Assembly (NCBI GenBank): GCA_049297495.1
Contig: JBAQUL010000005.1
Location: 3,868 to 67,867 of the forward strand
DNA from: Candidatus Moraniibacteriota bacterium
GTDB lineage: Bacteria; Patescibacteriota; Minisyncoccia; Moranbacterales; UBA2206
Direction of reading: 5' to 3'
DNA: 64,000 nucleotides
The position numbers and the translations under genes were made by a program. Shown here piece after piece: positions 38,801 through 46,484 of this stretch. A model generated the notes under the pieces. The model did not search any database. It worked only from the letters and a program-made list of their open reading frames with translations, and was not told where the DNA came from. The first letter of the stretch is position 1, and every line of letters starts with the position of its first letter.

Positions 38801-39928
38801 GGCTTGTCCCTGAATTTGCATGCAGAGTTGATTGGCTTGATTAGCTATTACCAAATCAGCTGTTACTTTTTTCCCAGCTGCATTGCCGATGTGCGAATCA
38901 TTGGAACCATCCACCAAGCCAGACCACAACAAAGTAACATTAATCATTTCGCCTTTTTGATAACTAATTTTATCCAGATCTAGTTTTTGAATCGTGGCAC
39001 TTTCGCCGGAAACAACATAGCGCAAAATTACTGGACGAGCGACAACTGCCAGGGCATTGCTTTTCAAAAAAGTAACTCTCGCTTCGTATGTCTGAGGTGA
39101 AGCGGGCTTATTAATCGTCAGATCGATAAATTTTTTCTCTCCTGGTTGGAGAGCTAGCTCCGCCCCTCGCTGGTCTTTGTCAGCCGAACTACCATAGAGA
39201 GAATGTTTGAAAGTGCTCAATAGAGGATAAACCGAAACAGATTCCTTGAAATGACTGGTAACTTCGCAGCTAAAAATCAAGCCTTCTTCTGGCTTAAGCG
39301 ATACCCCTTGAGGCAATGAATAAACCTTACCATTCCCATCTCCCTCGATTTTTAATCCGCAAGCATCGGTATTGATTTCCAGGTACTCACCAGAACCACT
39401 AAGCGCTATAGGCTTTTCTAATTTTAAAACAGCTAGCGGCAGGCCACTTTCATTTTTGGCTACTAGCCACAACTCAAAATCACCAGAGAGATAACTTGGA
39501 GCCTGGTAAGAAAAAACTTTTTGAGTAGAACTATTTCCCTCAATTGAAAGCACATCGGCGGAATACACTCTCTCGTCATACAACGTCTCATCCTTAATCA
39601 ATTGCACACCATAACGAATGCCGGCTTCGCTTTTGGAATAATTATTTTCCAAGCGGAAATAAAGATCTAAATTATTATTTTCTTGTTTTAAAAGAAGGGG
39701 GTCGCGAAAATTGATATCAGCAACAACATCCATCTGTTCTGACGCGATCGCCCCTCCTGGCTCGCGCTGTATTTCCAGAGCACTATCAGTGGGAGTGTTC
39801 GTTGAAGATTCCGCGGCGGCGACTGATTGGCCAAAGAAAATAAAAGATAACATGCACGCCATTACCAGGCCCTCATTTAATTTTTTTTTCATCTTTTTGT
39901 TTTGTAAGAAGTTGCCCCTCAACTTCAT
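35834..39928 (-). CDS. giant Cys-rich surface protein (1364 aa) with an N-terminal signal peptide, a mid-protein membrane hairpin and a C-terminal repeat array
   Basis: Signal peptide (MKKKLNEGLVMACMLSFIFFGQSVAAA). TM helix around aa 432-455, then a second hydrophobic segment (LLLLLLLFGALFGW) 14 aa later. C-terminal modules: CTFTPY(I/N/M)GAT.GT.C.A(S/T)V.V three times, CPGT(R/Q)E.GF.S.Q.WT.K.T..ACTG..G.CEYY three times, and ANLC...GPW.WTC.G.NGG motifs. Confidence 0.7.
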   Translation of the reverse strand: MKLRGNFLQNKKMKKKLNEGLVMACMLSFIFFGQSVAAAESSTNTPTDSALEIQREPGGAIASEQMDVVADINFRDPLLLKQENNNLDLYFRLENNYSKSEAGIRYGVQLIKDETLYDERVYSADVLSIEGNSSTQKVFSYQAPSYLSGDFELWLVAKNESGLPLAVLKLEKPIALSGSGEYLEINTDACGLKIEGDGNGKVYSLPQGVSLKPEEGLIFSCEVTSHFKESVSVYPLLSTFKHSLYGSSADKDQRGAELALQPGEKKFIDLTINKPASPQTYEARVTFLKSNALAVVARPVILRYVVSGESATIQKLDLDKISYQKGEMINVTLLWSGLVDGSNDSHIGNAAGKKVTADLVIANQANQLCMQIQGQALDQNSNIAKFELKSNIDCSSPNVKITLKNEQGKVLAERDLHFQKDKISEGETQKSSPNNIKKAVLLIVSIILLFLVIAIVVKTLFSYKKNKTENLLLLLLLFGALFGWRLQSVEALTLSRPFNSWGAFSYSVNLNKGTYIPGEAISVTYDGSAALTGCVNYSGGNTTLLAATNTSGSWSDFGWKGNSAFTAENGCTVSNFGSWSAGNAPSSSGVISLKACITGEGSGGVAANCSGTTSGGGNFDLATGDIYYTVAPPSNPTCEIHFSASSYNVNSWGPLTWSTNDSTHGMLFCSGLSPSIDGPNVAASYTNFGIYLNQTGTVRCTFIPYNGSTAGAACYASAVVSAVIPTPTCTVSFSDTDIQAPDTVYLTWNSSNADRTIGACSGIGSAIPAADYGLSYSNFPFPFVATDSGTETCTFTPYIGATAGTPCSASVLVRPRGVCGIVNGTSPCTQPTANLCDSSSTASTVTGSGPWFWTCAGANGGGSVSCSATKSCQPASCHASFSPSNITTTSATPASSVLEWDSIGDSMTVSCTGPMPISPAMNVANPASGSGSIPFTVDQTGTEVCTFTPYNGATPGATCEATVSVRADAVCGSSNGGISCLAPTSNLCTLGTLQGAPTVYSGTWWGWTCLGLNGGANKTCSTTIDCASPSCVANFSPTSLTAPGTSRLTWIPSNADKMLGTCSGIGATIPEGDYGLSNITGYPFDFTASQTGTETCTFTPYMGATRGTPCSASVLVNDDCECSTVFSGGTPCPSGTSCDGCHCVPTTSYTCMPTTQPTGTMKCPGTRESGFISPQSWTNRGTLAACTGVLGMCEYYIPSGTFGCNPVTPPVGTLKCPGTREAGFSSAQPWTPKGTLAACTGVSGICEYYTPAGTFGCNPVTPPAGTTKCPGTQETGFSSLQPWTNKATFGACTGASGICEYYSCSMTPQCYYPTTCTPGVCGVQNEECLPVAPPGCGVPPCLATSCTGTIYCPCNSGGWQEISH

Positions 39929-40123
39929 ATTGAATAATAAATTATATTATTTCCTAACTTCACCTAAACATTTCTCACCCTCAAAAGTACACATCCTTAT
40001 GAGCATATAATATCATAAAAGGCAAAAACTTCCAAATATTTATCCTACCCGCGCTACTATTTCTATTTTTTGCCAAATTATGCTAAATTATATTAATAGA
40101 CAAGCCTCCTGTTAGTTTTCAAT

Positions 40124-42613
40124 ATGACCAGAAAAAAAATCGACAAAAGAATGCCTCACTTGGAACCGAGCTTTCATGATATTTTGATTTGCAAAAAAAA
40201 TGATTGTCGCCCATTTATTGAAATACTAATCGAAGAACCAGAAAATATTTCACATCATAATCTGGGGACGCTGATGGGAATTTTCCAGATCGACGACAGA
40301 AGCGAGGATTCCTCCTATGTTGTGAATTACCTAATTTCCATCATTAAGAAAGAATATTTTTCCCGCGCCAATCGTGGTCCCGTTGAAAACTTTGAATCAG
40401 CTCTACACAAGGCCAACCTTGCCCTCGCCAAACTTGCCACGCATGAAAATATTGGCTGGATTGGGAGCATCAATGCTATTTGCGCTGTAATTGAAAAAAA
40501 TAATATTCTCCTCTCTCAAACCGGAAATGCCTCAGCTTTTCTTTTGCGCGGAAACACCTTCACCGAAATTACTGAAATTCAAGATGGAACTATCGATTCC
40601 AACCCCCTAAAAACGTTTCAGGACGTCATTTCAGGAAAAATCGAAAAAAATGACAAGCTACTACTCACTACGAAAGAAATTTTTGACATTTTTTCCCTGG
40701 AAGAAATCAAAAAAAGCGCACTCAAATTTTCACGTGAAAATTTCATCCAATTCCTAAATACCGCACTCGTCAACGAACTTGACCAGGTAGCCTCTCTCGT
40801 TATCGACATAGACGAAAAAACTGATGAGTTCCCCGAAACCCCACCAACTCCAAGAAGAGAAGATGTGAATGTTTTTAGTCAAACTGCCTTTCAAAAAGAA
40901 CTTTCTCCTAAAATATTAGAGAAAGAAAGGGCTAAGGAAGATATCTTGAGAAAAGAGCGGCAAGAAATAATCCAAGAGCTCAAAGATGAGGCAAAAGATT
41001 TTGTCGATAAAAAAACTGGACATATCTACATAAAAGAAGCTCACAATGCGCCCAAAGAAGCTCAGATTGAAAAAATTGAATTCGACCCACTCCCCTTTTT
41101 CAAGGAAAAATTCTCTGGCTTAAGACACTCTAGTGCAAAACTGCTCAAAAATGCAACAAGCATACTAAAAGATCAATCTGCTTCACTTTGGGAGAAAAGC
41201 CGCGCTAAAATCTCTCAAATTAAAGTTAAAAAAACTCCTCCAGAAATTGAGTTTTTAGACCGAAAGACTGAAAAAATCGATGAACCAAACACAGTCTTCG
41301 CTCAGACTGAGCCAGAAATCACCCCACTAGAAAGATTAAGCCATGCATATTCCAAACTAGAAATCAAAGCAAGAACCGAATCACTTGTAAAAAAAATCAA
41401 GCCAGGATTTGAATGGTTAGAAGAAAAAACTGCTGATGGATTAATTCTTATCCTGAGAAAGCCCACCAATCTCACCATACAATTGATTGAATCGCTGAAA
41501 AACAAATGGCGCAACCACAAAATTAAAAACCAAACCGAAATAAAGACCCAAGGATACCCCTGGGAAAACTCACCGGTCTCGTCTGACATAGGCCTCCAAA
41601 AAATCGCGACAACACCTCTGCAAAAAACCACAAATCTCGGTCAATTCATCGAGCCCAAGAAAATCCTGCCAAATTTTTCTCGTCTGAAACAAATCTCCAA
41701 AAGCCTTGATCGAAAACAAAAGCTATCAGCTTTGGCAGCGTTAGTTCTTCTTTTGGTTGTCCCATATTGGATCGTAAAATTAGAAAACAGAGAAATCGAG
41801 AAAAAACCGGAAATTGTCGAAGAAATCCCCGCAGTCATACTGCCACTGGAAAATGACTTGAACGTCCAACGCATTGAAAAACTAAACGAGATCTACGGCG
41901 GAAGTGTCTCGCGAATCATAAATCTCAACGATAAATTTTTCGCCCAAAAAGACTCCGAGATTATTGAGCTGGAAACGAAGAAAAGTTTTCCCCTTTCTCC
42001 AGATTTCCAAAATCCGGAATTATCGCTCGGAATGGACGATTTGAATTTAATTTTCATTGTTAAGAACAATAAAATCATATCCCTCGCGCCTACTTCAGGA
42101 AAATTCCAAGCCAATTCCATTGCGTTTCCCGAAAAAGCTAAAATAGCTGATGCCAAGACCTATCTTACCTATCTTTATTTGCTCGATGGAGCAAATAACC
42201 AGATCTATCGCTACCCAAGAGCTGAAGGCGGATTTGGCGAAAAAAACACCTGGCTAAAAGAACCTCTAGATCTATCCAATGCCAAAAGCCTCGCCATTAA
42301 TGAAAATATCTTCATTATAAATGGCCAAAGTATCATCAAATTATTTCGCGGAAAGAATCAGCCCTACATGCTGGAAAAAACCGCAACGCCCATCTCGCCA
42401 GATAAACTCAGTACCCAAAATGCTAGCACCAACCTATACATCCTAGATAAAACTAACTCGAGAATAATAAAACTGGACGGTGAGGGAAAAATTCTGGCCC
42501 AATACTATAATGCGGAAATCACCAACGCAACTGATTTTTCCGTCAGTGAAGAAAATAGCTTGGTTTATATCTCAGATACAAATGGAGTAAAAAGCTTCGC
42601 AATGAATCAATAG
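40124..42613 (+). CDS. large hypothetical protein with a mid-protein TM segment; the N-terminal domain weakly resembles PP2C/SpoIIE
   Basis: 829 aa; coiled-coil region, a TM helix around aa 535 (LSALAALVLLLVVPYWIV), and a C-terminal beta-rich domain. Confidence 0.45.
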   Translation: MTRKKIDKRMPHLEPSFHDILICKKNDCRPFIEILIEEPENISHHNLGTLMGIFQIDDRSEDSSYVVNYLISIIKKEYFSRANRGPVENFESALHKANLALAKLATHENIGWIGSINAICAVIEKNNILLSQTGNASAFLLRGNTFTEITEIQDGTIDSNPLKTFQDVISGKIEKNDKLLLTTKEIFDIFSLEEIKKSALKFSRENFIQFLNTALVNELDQVASLVIDIDEKTDEFPETPPTPRREDVNVFSQTAFQKELSPKILEKERAKEDILRKERQEIIQELKDEAKDFVDKKTGHIYIKEAHNAPKEAQIEKIEFDPLPFFKEKFSGLRHSSAKLLKNATSILKDQSASLWEKSRAKISQIKVKKTPPEIEFLDRKTEKIDEPNTVFAQTEPEITPLERLSHAYSKLEIKARTESLVKKIKPGFEWLEEKTADGLILILRKPTNLTIQLIESLKNKWRNHKIKNQTEIKTQGYPWENSPVSSDIGLQKIATTPLQKTTNLGQFIEPKKILPNFSRLKQISKSLDRKQKLSALAALVLLLVVPYWIVKLENREIEKKPEIVEEIPAVILPLENDLNVQRIEKLNEIYGGSVSRIINLNDKFFAQKDSEIIELETKKSFPLSPDFQNPELSLGMDDLNLIFIVKNNKIISLAPTSGKFQANSIAFPEKAKIADAKTYLTYLYLLDGANNQIYRYPRAEGGFGEKNTWLKEPLDLSNAKSLAINENIFIINGQSIIKLFRGKNQPYMLEKTATPISPDKLSTQNASTNLYILDKTNSRIIKLDGEGKILAQYYNAEITNATDFSVSEENSLVYISDTNGVKSFAMNQ

Positions 42614-42630
42614 CTAGTATCTTTTAAAAA

Positions 42631-42666
42631 ACAGGAACGGAGCTCATGGCTCGTTCCTGTTTTTTC
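42631..42666 (+). terminator. Rho-independent terminator
   Basis: ACAGGAACGGAGCTCATGGCTCGTTCCTGT followed by TTTTTT, a perfect 11-bp stem. Confidence 0.8.
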
Positions 42667-42685
42667 ATTAGTTTTATTTTTATCT

Positions 42686-42826
42686 CACGACTTACGCGTT
42701 TGTCAAAGAATTATTCGCACGCACAGCCTATTTAGCTGAAAAAGCCTTTGGTAAACCAGCAGTAAATAAACCAAAATGAGGAAGCGTCGCTTTCAAGAAT
42801 AATTATTTGGCAAACACGTAAGTCCT
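42686..42826. mobile_element. MITE-like element copy 1 (about 140 bp with roughly 22-bp terminal inverted repeats)
   Basis: 5' CGACTTACGCGTTTGTCAAAG and 3' TTTGGCAAACACGTAAGTCCT are inverted repeats. Same family as copies at 49543-49690 and 59411-59557. Confidence 0.55.
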
Positions 42827-42861
42827 ATATCTATAAATAACCGACGATAAATAAGCATTTT

Positions 42862-45321
42862 CTAAAATCTCGTCCGGGCGATGATTTCCTGATTGACGAC
42901 ATGTCGATCTCGGCCAAAAGTCAGACGAGACAGCTCCTTGATTGCATTAGCCACTTCCTGATCGCCTCTGGTCGGAGGAAAGCCCTGGATATTGAAAGGT
43001 TTGGTCAGTACGCCGTCAATTAGAACTTTCGCAAACCCTTTGTGATTATCCACATTCACTAAATCATTCTTTGAAAAAGTCGGCGCCACCTGTTTCTCCA
43101 GAAATTCCGCGTCTTCCGGACCGACGCGATAAAGAATCATAGAGCCAATATTGCCAAACACGGCCTTTGAAATCTCTTCCTTGAGTTGAGCGATAAATTG
43201 ATGAGCGATATTGAGACAGAGTCGATATTTTCTCGCTTCGCTGAGAATTTGGGCGATAGAATTGGTTGTCACATTTTGAAACTCATCAAGATAGAGATAA
43301 AAATCCACGCGATCATTCTCTGGAATATTAGTACGCGCAAGCGCTGACATCAAAATTTTTCCCACAATCACCATGCCCAAAAGTCGCGCGTTAATTTCCC
43401 CAATCTTTCCCTTGGAAAGAGCCACGAGTAGGATTTTCTTATTATCCATGATATCGCGAAAATTAATCGTGCTTTTTTGTTGAGAGATAATCGGACGCAT
43501 CATGTCATTGGAAATAAACGGAGTCAGTTTGGAGGTGATATAGGGCACCATATTGGCCAGTGCCGCTTCACCTCCGGCTTTTTCCGCTTCTTTGGTCCAA
43601 AAATCTATCACTGTCTGATTGGTACATTTGGAAAGTTTCATGGCGCGAAAATCCTCATCCGCCATCACCTTGGAAATTTCCATTAAAGTTGATCCTGAAT
43701 CCGGGTCGCTCATCACGAGAAACATCGCATTACGCATATATTGCTCAAACATCGGTCCACCAGTCGCTTTGAGATCATAGAGTTGATCAAAAATGCCAAT
43801 CATTTCGTTGATCACAAAGGTCATCTGCTCCGGATAGGCCGGATCATATTCCAGCATATTAAGCCCAAATGGCCGCTCAACATCCGATGGGTCAAATACA
43901 ACCACATCTTGTGCCCGCTCCTTAGGAATGCAGGCCAAAATATCCTCAATCGCATCGCCATGCGGATCAATAAAGCAAAAGCCCCGCCCTTCCTTGGCAT
44001 CCTGTTTGGCCATTTCTTGCAAGATAGTCGTCTTTCCTGTTCCAGTTTGACCAATCGCATAGAGATGCCGCCTGCGATCACTCTCAGTTAAACGAATATC
44101 CGTCTTTGCTCCACGATATTCATTGAAGCCGATAAGCACGCCTTCCGTAGGAATCCCGACCGGTGGTGGGGCAGCGTTCGCTTTGAGCCATTTAATTTTT
44201 GGTGCTTCGGTGGTGGAGATGGGAATGTGAAAAATACTGGAAATCTCTTCCACACCAAGAATCATTTTTTCTTCCGATTTAAAATTACGGAAAATAAAAT
44301 CAAAAGCAATCACTTTTTTATTTTTTCTTTGCACTTGAAAACAGTTTATATCCGCATTTTCATATTGCGCGAAAGCATTCTCAATATGCGCTAAGATTTC
44401 CTGGGCCCGCTCACTTGTCGCAGCTGACGTTACCAAGCGAATATTGGTTTCAAATCCAGTCTTTGAGGCTTTTTTTTCAATCCCCTTCACCAACTCTTGT
44501 TCTTCTGGAGTAAGCTGCACAGTTTTTTTGTCCCCCGACAGTGGATCATCTTTTTTCCCTGGAGTGATAATGGATAGCGCCGCAGAACCAAGTTCACTTC
44601 CCACTTTTGCCATAAAAGATTTATCCACGTCACGTAGTCTTTTCCCTTGCTGCATCTCGTGAGCGATGCGCCGCCCTTCCGCCCGCCAAGCTGTCCCAGC
44701 TGGACGCAAGACCAATTGGATAGCTGCTCCCTCGCTTACCGTGTCAAGCTTGCTGAGTGCATTAGCAATAGCATTCAGTGGATCCATTTCTTGATTTTCA
44801 TAGGTACGAATCGGCAAAGCAAATTTATTTTTCAACTTAATAATTGATGCCTCGGTCTTACTCCCAGGAAAGAAAATATTAAAATCGGTTGTCTTTTCCA
44901 AGGATGCATATGGAAAAAAACTATGAATCTGCTTTTCTATATTTTCCCTAAATTTTCTTGGCACCGCAATAAAAAAAACGATTTCCTCATTCTTAGAAGA
45001 ATTGGCAATCTCCAATGAGATTGCGGGTGAGCCATACAGTAATTTTTTGAAAAAACTCCGAGTATCTCTGATTGAGGAAAAAGCCGTGAGCATTTGCTCC
45101 ATCGCTCCAATCTCGCCCTTCCAATTCTCTCCTTCCTTAGTTTTCTCCTCCTCACTCTTATTGATTTTTGAAACGCGAATCACATCAAGATCCAAATTCA
45201 TTGATTGATTAACCTGAGCGCGAAAACCTAAAAAGCTTGACACAACAAGCCAAGCACCACTAAACAAAGTCGCTATTCCTGAGACCAAAAGTACGATATT
45301 AATTAAGCTAGAATAATCCAT
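42862..45321 (-). CDS. TraD/VirD4/TraG-family P-loop ATPase (type IV coupling-protein-like) with an N-terminal TM segment
   Basis: 819 aa; Walker A AIGQTGTGKTT, FIDPHGDA, Walker B YLYLDEFQNV, and the ...NIAHQF motif. Confidence 0.55.
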   Translation of the reverse strand: MDYSSLINIVLLVSGIATLFSGAWLVVSSFLGFRAQVNQSMNLDLDVIRVSKINKSEEEKTKEGENWKGEIGAMEQMLTAFSSIRDTRSFFKKLLYGSPAISLEIANSSKNEEIVFFIAVPRKFRENIEKQIHSFFPYASLEKTTDFNIFFPGSKTEASIIKLKNKFALPIRTYENQEMDPLNAIANALSKLDTVSEGAAIQLVLRPAGTAWRAEGRRIAHEMQQGKRLRDVDKSFMAKVGSELGSAALSIITPGKKDDPLSGDKKTVQLTPEEQELVKGIEKKASKTGFETNIRLVTSAATSERAQEILAHIENAFAQYENADINCFQVQRKNKKVIAFDFIFRNFKSEEKMILGVEEISSIFHIPISTTEAPKIKWLKANAAPPPVGIPTEGVLIGFNEYRGAKTDIRLTESDRRRHLYAIGQTGTGKTTILQEMAKQDAKEGRGFCFIDPHGDAIEDILACIPKERAQDVVVFDPSDVERPFGLNMLEYDPAYPEQMTFVINEMIGIFDQLYDLKATGGPMFEQYMRNAMFLVMSDPDSGSTLMEISKVMADEDFRAMKLSKCTNQTVIDFWTKEAEKAGGEAALANMVPYITSKLTPFISNDMMRPIISQQKSTINFRDIMDNKKILLVALSKGKIGEINARLLGMVIVGKILMSALARTNIPENDRVDFYLYLDEFQNVTTNSIAQILSEARKYRLCLNIAHQFIAQLKEEISKAVFGNIGSMILYRVGPEDAEFLEKQVAPTFSKNDLVNVDNHKGFAKVLIDGVLTKPFNIQGFPPTRGDQEVANAIKELSRLTFGRDRHVVNQEIIARTRF

Positions 45322-45490
45322 AATCTTGAACTATGATTTTTATGATTATCAACAAATTTCAAAATCCTAATATCAAATTTCCAATCAAGTCTTAAATTCA
45401 AATGACAAAATAATTTTCTGGCTTATTTTCTTGGATTTTGAATTTTGGTTTTTGTTTGACATTGAAAATTAGAAATTGAAAATTAATCCT

Positions 45491-45931
45491 TCATTCTTCT
45501 GTTATCATTCCCTTCTTTACCAACGCGTCATGCAAATCTGTCGCCAGGAGTCGATCATGCAATTCGTCAAGCAAATAATTATCCTCCATGTGTTGTGCCA
45601 CCTTGACTGCATGCACAACACCCTTCGCCTCAGCCAATTCGACTAATTTTATAATTTTATTTTCATAATCCGTCCCTTCGCCAGCTATTTTGGCGTCCGT
45701 CGAAACATCATTTTGGGCCACAGGATTCGAACTTTTCACCTTGGCAAGAATCTTGGCATAGGTGTCATCACGCTCCACCTTTCCCTCTTTCCTTTCCGGC
45801 GCTTCTGGGGTAGGAATAACTTCTGGGTCATCCTTGGGCGAACTGGACACAACACTCTTTTCACCCTCGGGACCACCTTTTAAGAATTTATTTTTCAAAT
45901 CCAAATCTCCATCTTCAATTGGCTCTAGCAT
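45491..45931 (-). CDS. acidic hypothetical protein
   Basis: 146-aa ORF, D/E-rich. Confidence 0.4.
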   Translation of the reverse strand: MLEPIEDGDLDLKNKFLKGGPEGEKSVVSSSPKDDPEVIPTPEAPERKEGKVERDDTYAKILAKVKSSNPVAQNDVSTDAKIAGEGTDYENKIIKLVELAEAKGVVHAVKVAQHMEDNYLLDELHDRLLATDLHDALVKKGMITEE

Positions 45932-46102
45932 ACGTTTTAGCTTAATTGTTTATACTGGTTTATCAAAAATATCATTATTTACATCATCCCTTTGAAAAAT
46001 ATAGTCAGTAATTTCCATTTTTTATCCAAAACGCACAGCTTCAATTCGAAAATTAAGAAATTTAAGCATTGTTTGGAAATTGGAAATTGGAAATTTCTCC
46101 CC

Positions 46103-46402
46103 CTACTCCACTTTCTTCATTTCTTCTTTGAAATCAGCAATAATCTTTTGCACCATTTCATCATAATTCAATACCTTTTCCTTCAGAAATTCACCGATTT
46201 TCTCTGGTTCGCTTTTTTCATCAACCATCTTCTCATACATCTCACGATCTGCCTCACTCAATCGCTCCATCGTTTCCACAAAGATTCTTTTCAAAAGCAC
46301 TTCCGTCATTTTAATCAGAATCTCATTTTGCTTATCCAGTGGAAGATTGGAAAGCCCCAATTCTTCCATTAGCTCTTTTTGCAATTGATCTTGATCAACC
46401 AT
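46103..46402 (-). CDS. small hypothetical protein
   Basis: 99-aa helical, E/K-rich ORF. Confidence 0.35.
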   Translation of the reverse strand: MVDQDQLQKELMEELGLSNLPLDKQNEILIKMTEVLLKRIFVETMERLSEADREMYEKMVDEKSEPEKIGEFLKEKVLNYDEMVQKIIADFKEEMKKVE

Positions 46403-46484
46403 TTTATTTTTGTTACCGCCAAATAATTCAGCGAGTAAGATTAATTTTTTAAATTGAACTTTTTTTATTTTTTAGCAAAGAAGC

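Noticed and set aside
35834-39928. Possibility that the 1364-aa ORF is two separate genes (ectodomain protein plus Cys-rich protein)
   Set aside because: There is no stop codon and no ATG start between the TM helix and the second signal-like segment. It is kept as one CDS with a membrane hairpin and flagged as a finding rather than split.
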